Shown here: positions 61,067-64,000 of the stretch, piece by piece
Position numbering within the stretch: position 1 is the stretch's first letter
Layout: each line of letters begins with the position of its first letter
Source of the DNA: an uncultured Phycisphaerales bacterium
GTDB lineage: Bacteria; Planctomycetota; Phycisphaerae; Sedimentisphaerales; Anaerobacaceae
Direction of reading: 5' to 3'
Assembly (NCBI GenBank): GCA_963772725.1
Contig: CAVYYI010000004.1
Span: 160,001 to 224,000 of the forward strand
DNA: 64,000 bases
Notes under the pieces: model-generated
The model's database searches: none
Told to the model about the DNA's origin: nothing
What the model saw: only the letters and a program-made list of their open reading frames with translations
Position numbers and translations under genes: made by a program

Positions 61067-62899
61067 ATGTTAAAATGTTTTGGCAGAATGCCGCAAATAA
61101 CAATTCTATTTTTCATAGCTGTCTCAATTGTCCATGTTTGTGTTGGCGGAGTTCCGTTAGATAAGAGTAAATATATCACTATTGACGAAATCAAGCCCGG
61201 GATGAAGGCGTGGTGTCTTACGATATTTAAAGGAACGGAGATTGAGAAGTTCGATATGGATGTTGTTGATGTAATACGCAATGCCAGACCCGGGGGCGGG
61301 GAGGGCCCTGGCAGCAGGGATGTAATCCTGGTAAAGGGTACAGACGAGAGATTTATTCATACCGGCCCGATTGCCGGATGCAGCGGCTCACCCGTTTATA
61401 TTGAAGGGCGGTTGGCGGGAGCGCTTGCTTTCGGCTGGTCTTTTAGCAAAGACCCGCTGTATGGCGTTACACCAATAGCCGATATGCTTGACTGCGGTCT
61501 AAGCGGTTCAGATGCGTGCATTTCGCCGAGGGCATTCGCGTTTGATTTTTCCAAGCCGATAAATTTCGCAGATATTGACAGGCAGATTGAGGATTGCCTT
61601 GCATCGAAATCTGCTGCTGTTGGGGGTATGACAGCTTTACCCTGTCCATTGGTTACATCGGGTATTCCGGCGGAGGTTTGTGAAAATCTTAATGACGTGT
61701 TTAAGCCGATGGGATTTATGGCGGTAACCGGTGTAAGCGGAGAATCCGAAAGTAAGGATGCTAAAGATGTTAAGCTGGCTCCCGGCGCCTGCCTGGCGGT
61801 ACCACTGGTTAGCGGCGATGTAAAAATGACCCTTATGGGAACGGTAACAGATGTTGTTGGGGATAAAGTTTACGGGTTCGGCCACGGTTTTCTCGGATAC
61901 GGCAAGGTCAATTTACCGATGGCAACCGGTCGGATTCACACTGTTGTTTCGAATCTTATTACTTCCTTTAAGCTCGGCAGCCCGCTTGAAACGGTCGGGG
62001 TACTGAATGTTGATGGCGCTACCGGCGTCGTCGGGCAAATCGGCGCTGAACCGGAAATGATTCCATTAACGATTAAAGTCAGCCGCTATAATGTTCCTGC
62101 CGAACATGTATATAATTGTAAAATTGTTGTTAATAAGATGCTTACTCCGATGGTACTTGGCGGGGCAGTCAGCAGTGCCGTATTTATGTCCGGTTCATTG
62201 CCGCCGGAAAACACAGTTGAGTATAAGGCGGCCTTTAATGTCGAAGGTTTTGAGCCGGTTGTTTTTGAAAATGTTTCAACATCTGTTGGAATCGCGGAAA
62301 TGACAACTGAAAGCGTCGGTTCGACAGCGTTATTATTAAACAATCCATATAAAAAGGTCGATATAAAGTCGATTGATATTGATGTTCATGTGGCTGCAAA
62401 AAATATTACCTCACATATATGGTCTGCAGATTTATCCCAATCGAAGATTAAGCCGGGGCAGACGGTAAAGGTTTCGGTAATTCTTGAATCTTATCTTGCG
62501 GACAAAAAAAGGTATGAATATGACCTGAAAATCCCCGACACTCTCGCGGAGGGCAGATACGATTTGATAATTACCGGTCGCGATGGTTATCTCGAATTTC
62601 TCAGGCAGTCGGTTCCGCACAGGTTTATTCCGCAGGATACGGAATCCCTTATATGCGCGATAAACGATATTCTTCGTGCGAACAGAGGCGAACTTTATGG
62701 TCTTTTAGTTTTGCCTCCGGGCGGGATTATTCTCGAAAAGGCGGAACTGCCGGACCTGCCGCCCACAAGGTCGCTGATTCTTCAGGATGCCAAAAGGGCG
62801 ATTACCGCCCAGCCTTATAACCATTGGCTCGAAAACACCGTCAAGACAGGCGTAATCGTTGCCGACAGAAAAACTATGAGCATAACAGTTGAAAGATAA
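61067..62899 (+). CDS. SpoIVB peptidase S55 domain protein
   Basis: IKPGMK...T.F.GT.IE.F, IAGCSGSPVYIEGRL.GALA, GT.T......YGFGH.F. Confidence 0.85.
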   Translation: MLKCFGRMPQITILFFIAVSIVHVCVGGVPLDKSKYITIDEIKPGMKAWCLTIFKGTEIEKFDMDVVDVIRNARPGGGEGPGSRDVILVKGTDERFIHTGPIAGCSGSPVYIEGRLAGALAFGWSFSKDPLYGVTPIADMLDCGLSGSDACISPRAFAFDFSKPINFADIDRQIEDCLASKSAAVGGMTALPCPLVTSGIPAEVCENLNDVFKPMGFMAVTGVSGESESKDAKDVKLAPGACLAVPLVSGDVKMTLMGTVTDVVGDKVYGFGHGFLGYGKVNLPMATGRIHTVVSNLITSFKLGSPLETVGVLNVDGATGVVGQIGAEPEMIPLTIKVSRYNVPAEHVYNCKIVVNKMLTPMVLGGAVSSAVFMSGSLPPENTVEYKAAFNVEGFEPVVFENVSTSVGIAEMTTESVGSTALLLNNPYKKVDIKSIDIDVHVAAKNITSHIWSADLSQSKIKPGQTVKVSVILESYLADKKRYEYDLKIPDTLAEGRYDLIITGRDGYLEFLRQSVPHRFIPQDTESLICAINDILRANRGELYGLLVLPPGGIILEKAELPDLPPTRSLILQDAKRAITAQPYNHWLENTVKTGVIVADRKTMSITVER

Positions 62900-62911
62900 C
62901 AGGAGCAGAAA

Positions 62912-64000
62912 ATGAAAAATGAAAAACGAATAGTCAAAAACAGCAATTTGTGGCCTTTGGGTTTGACGCTGCGGTTTTGGACTTTCAGCTTTTCGGTGTT
63001 AATTAGTCTGTCGCAGATGTGTTTTGCGGTAACCAGCGAGGTTGTCCGGCATAAAAGCGGTTCCGACCTGCTTGAAGGGCAGACCTTCAATACTGTCGTC
63101 GGCTCAAAGGGAACTATTCAGCTCGGCGTATCCGCTAAAGCAATTGTTGATAAATTCGACAATGCCTGGTCGGTAAACTGTGTCGTTGTCAATGACGGGG
63201 CGATTTACGCCGGCACCAGCCCCAATGGCGGCATCTATAAGTACGCAATGGGTAAACTGGCCAGAATTTATCCTGAAACGGATAAAAGCGATGCCGCGGT
63301 GAAAACACCCAGCAAGGCCGACGCGAATGAGCCGAATGACGCCAACACTGTTTTAGCGGAGAAACATTTGTCCAATGAGCATATTTTTGCTATGGCTACA
63401 GATGTTTCGGGCAGGCTTCTGGCGGGTGTAAGCGGAGAAAAATGCAGACTTATCAGGTTTGAGTCCGGAAAGGCTAAGGTTATTTTTGAACCGAATGACA
63501 CCAAGTATATTTTTGCGATTGTTTGTGACCGCAAGGGCAATATCTATATTGGCACCGGGCCAAGAGGCAAAATTTTTGGGTTGGATTCATTGGGCAGAAA
63601 TCCGCATCTTGTTTACCAGACCCTTGAAAAGAACATTCTTTCACTGGCGGCGGGAAAGGACGGCATGCTTTATGCGGGAACGGATACTAAAGGTTTGGTC
63701 TATAAAATAAATCCCGCGGCTAAAAGCGCATCGGTATTATATGACAGCGACCAGCAGGAACTTACTTCGCTTTTATTCGGAGATGACGGCAATTTATACG
63801 CGGCCGCGACGGCTGCCGGAATTGTTTCATCGCAGGCTAAATTTGCGGTGGAGATAACGCTGGCGGGTCGTCCTGAGTCTCAGCCGAGCAAAGGAAAGGA
63901 CAGCGACGCAGCCAAAGGCGGACTGAAACTTCAAATTGCCAACACTAAAAAAGAGCCTGAGGAAAAGAAACCGACCGAGCAATTGCCTTCTGTTAAGTTC
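62912..64000 (+). CDS. Secreted beta-propeller repeat protein, runs off the right edge
   Basis: AGGAG RBS, ATG 62912; manual translation open to the end with IYAGTSPNG, GNIYIGTGP, DGMLYAGT, DGNLYAA repeats. Confidence 0.8.
   Translation, partial: MKNEKRIVKNSNLWPLGLTLRFWTFSFSVLISLSQMCFAVTSEVVRHKSGSDLLEGQTFNTVVGSKGTIQLGVSAKAIVDKFDNAWSVNCVVVNDGAIYAGTSPNGGIYKYAMGKLARIYPETDKSDAAVKTPSKADANEPNDANTVLAEKHLSNEHIFAMATDVSGRLLAGVSGEKCRLIRFESGKAKVIFEPNDTKYIFAIVCDRKGNIYIGTGPRGKIFGLDSLGRNPHLVYQTLEKNILSLAAGKDGMLYAGTDTKGLVYKINPAAKSASVLYDSDQQELTSLLFGDDGNLYAAATAAGIVSSQAKFAVEITLAGRPESQPSKGKDSDAAKGGLKLQIANTKKEPEEKKPTEQLPSVKF

Overview
Bacterial DNA, probably Planctomycetota (Phycisphaerae/Sedimentisphaerales-like). 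This is inferred from the DUF1559-type prepilins, PEP-CTERM, planctomycete-style dockerin tails and an ECF-sigma/Ser-Thr-kinase pair. Positions 1-44823 are a mosaic genomic island. It holds two inverted IS21 copies, an IS30 scrap and an IS66 at the right border; an ECF/anti-sigma-kinase locus; a NikR-linked metal-uptake locus; a ~10 kb minus-strand ICE/plasmid-type gene array; a tyrosine recombinase; a fluoride riboswitch with an antiporter; and an AbiE toxin-antitoxin pair. Positions 44824-64000 are mostly core chromosome (recJ, ilvC, MATE, rnpB, nadB, pcm, recG, rluD, SpoIVB-like peptidase) with an inserted BsuBI/PstI-type restriction-modification pair. The best novel-system candidate is a four-gene ubiquitin-like conjugation operon (Ubl - E2 fused to a multi-CxxC zinc-finger tail - JAB - E1, 24330-27024) in the same array as ardC. 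Its E2 domain is missing from the ORF track because of two 1-bp frameshifts. Single-base frameshifts also hit housekeeping genes, so most are probably sequencing errors. All family assignments come from motif recognition by eye; no searches were run.
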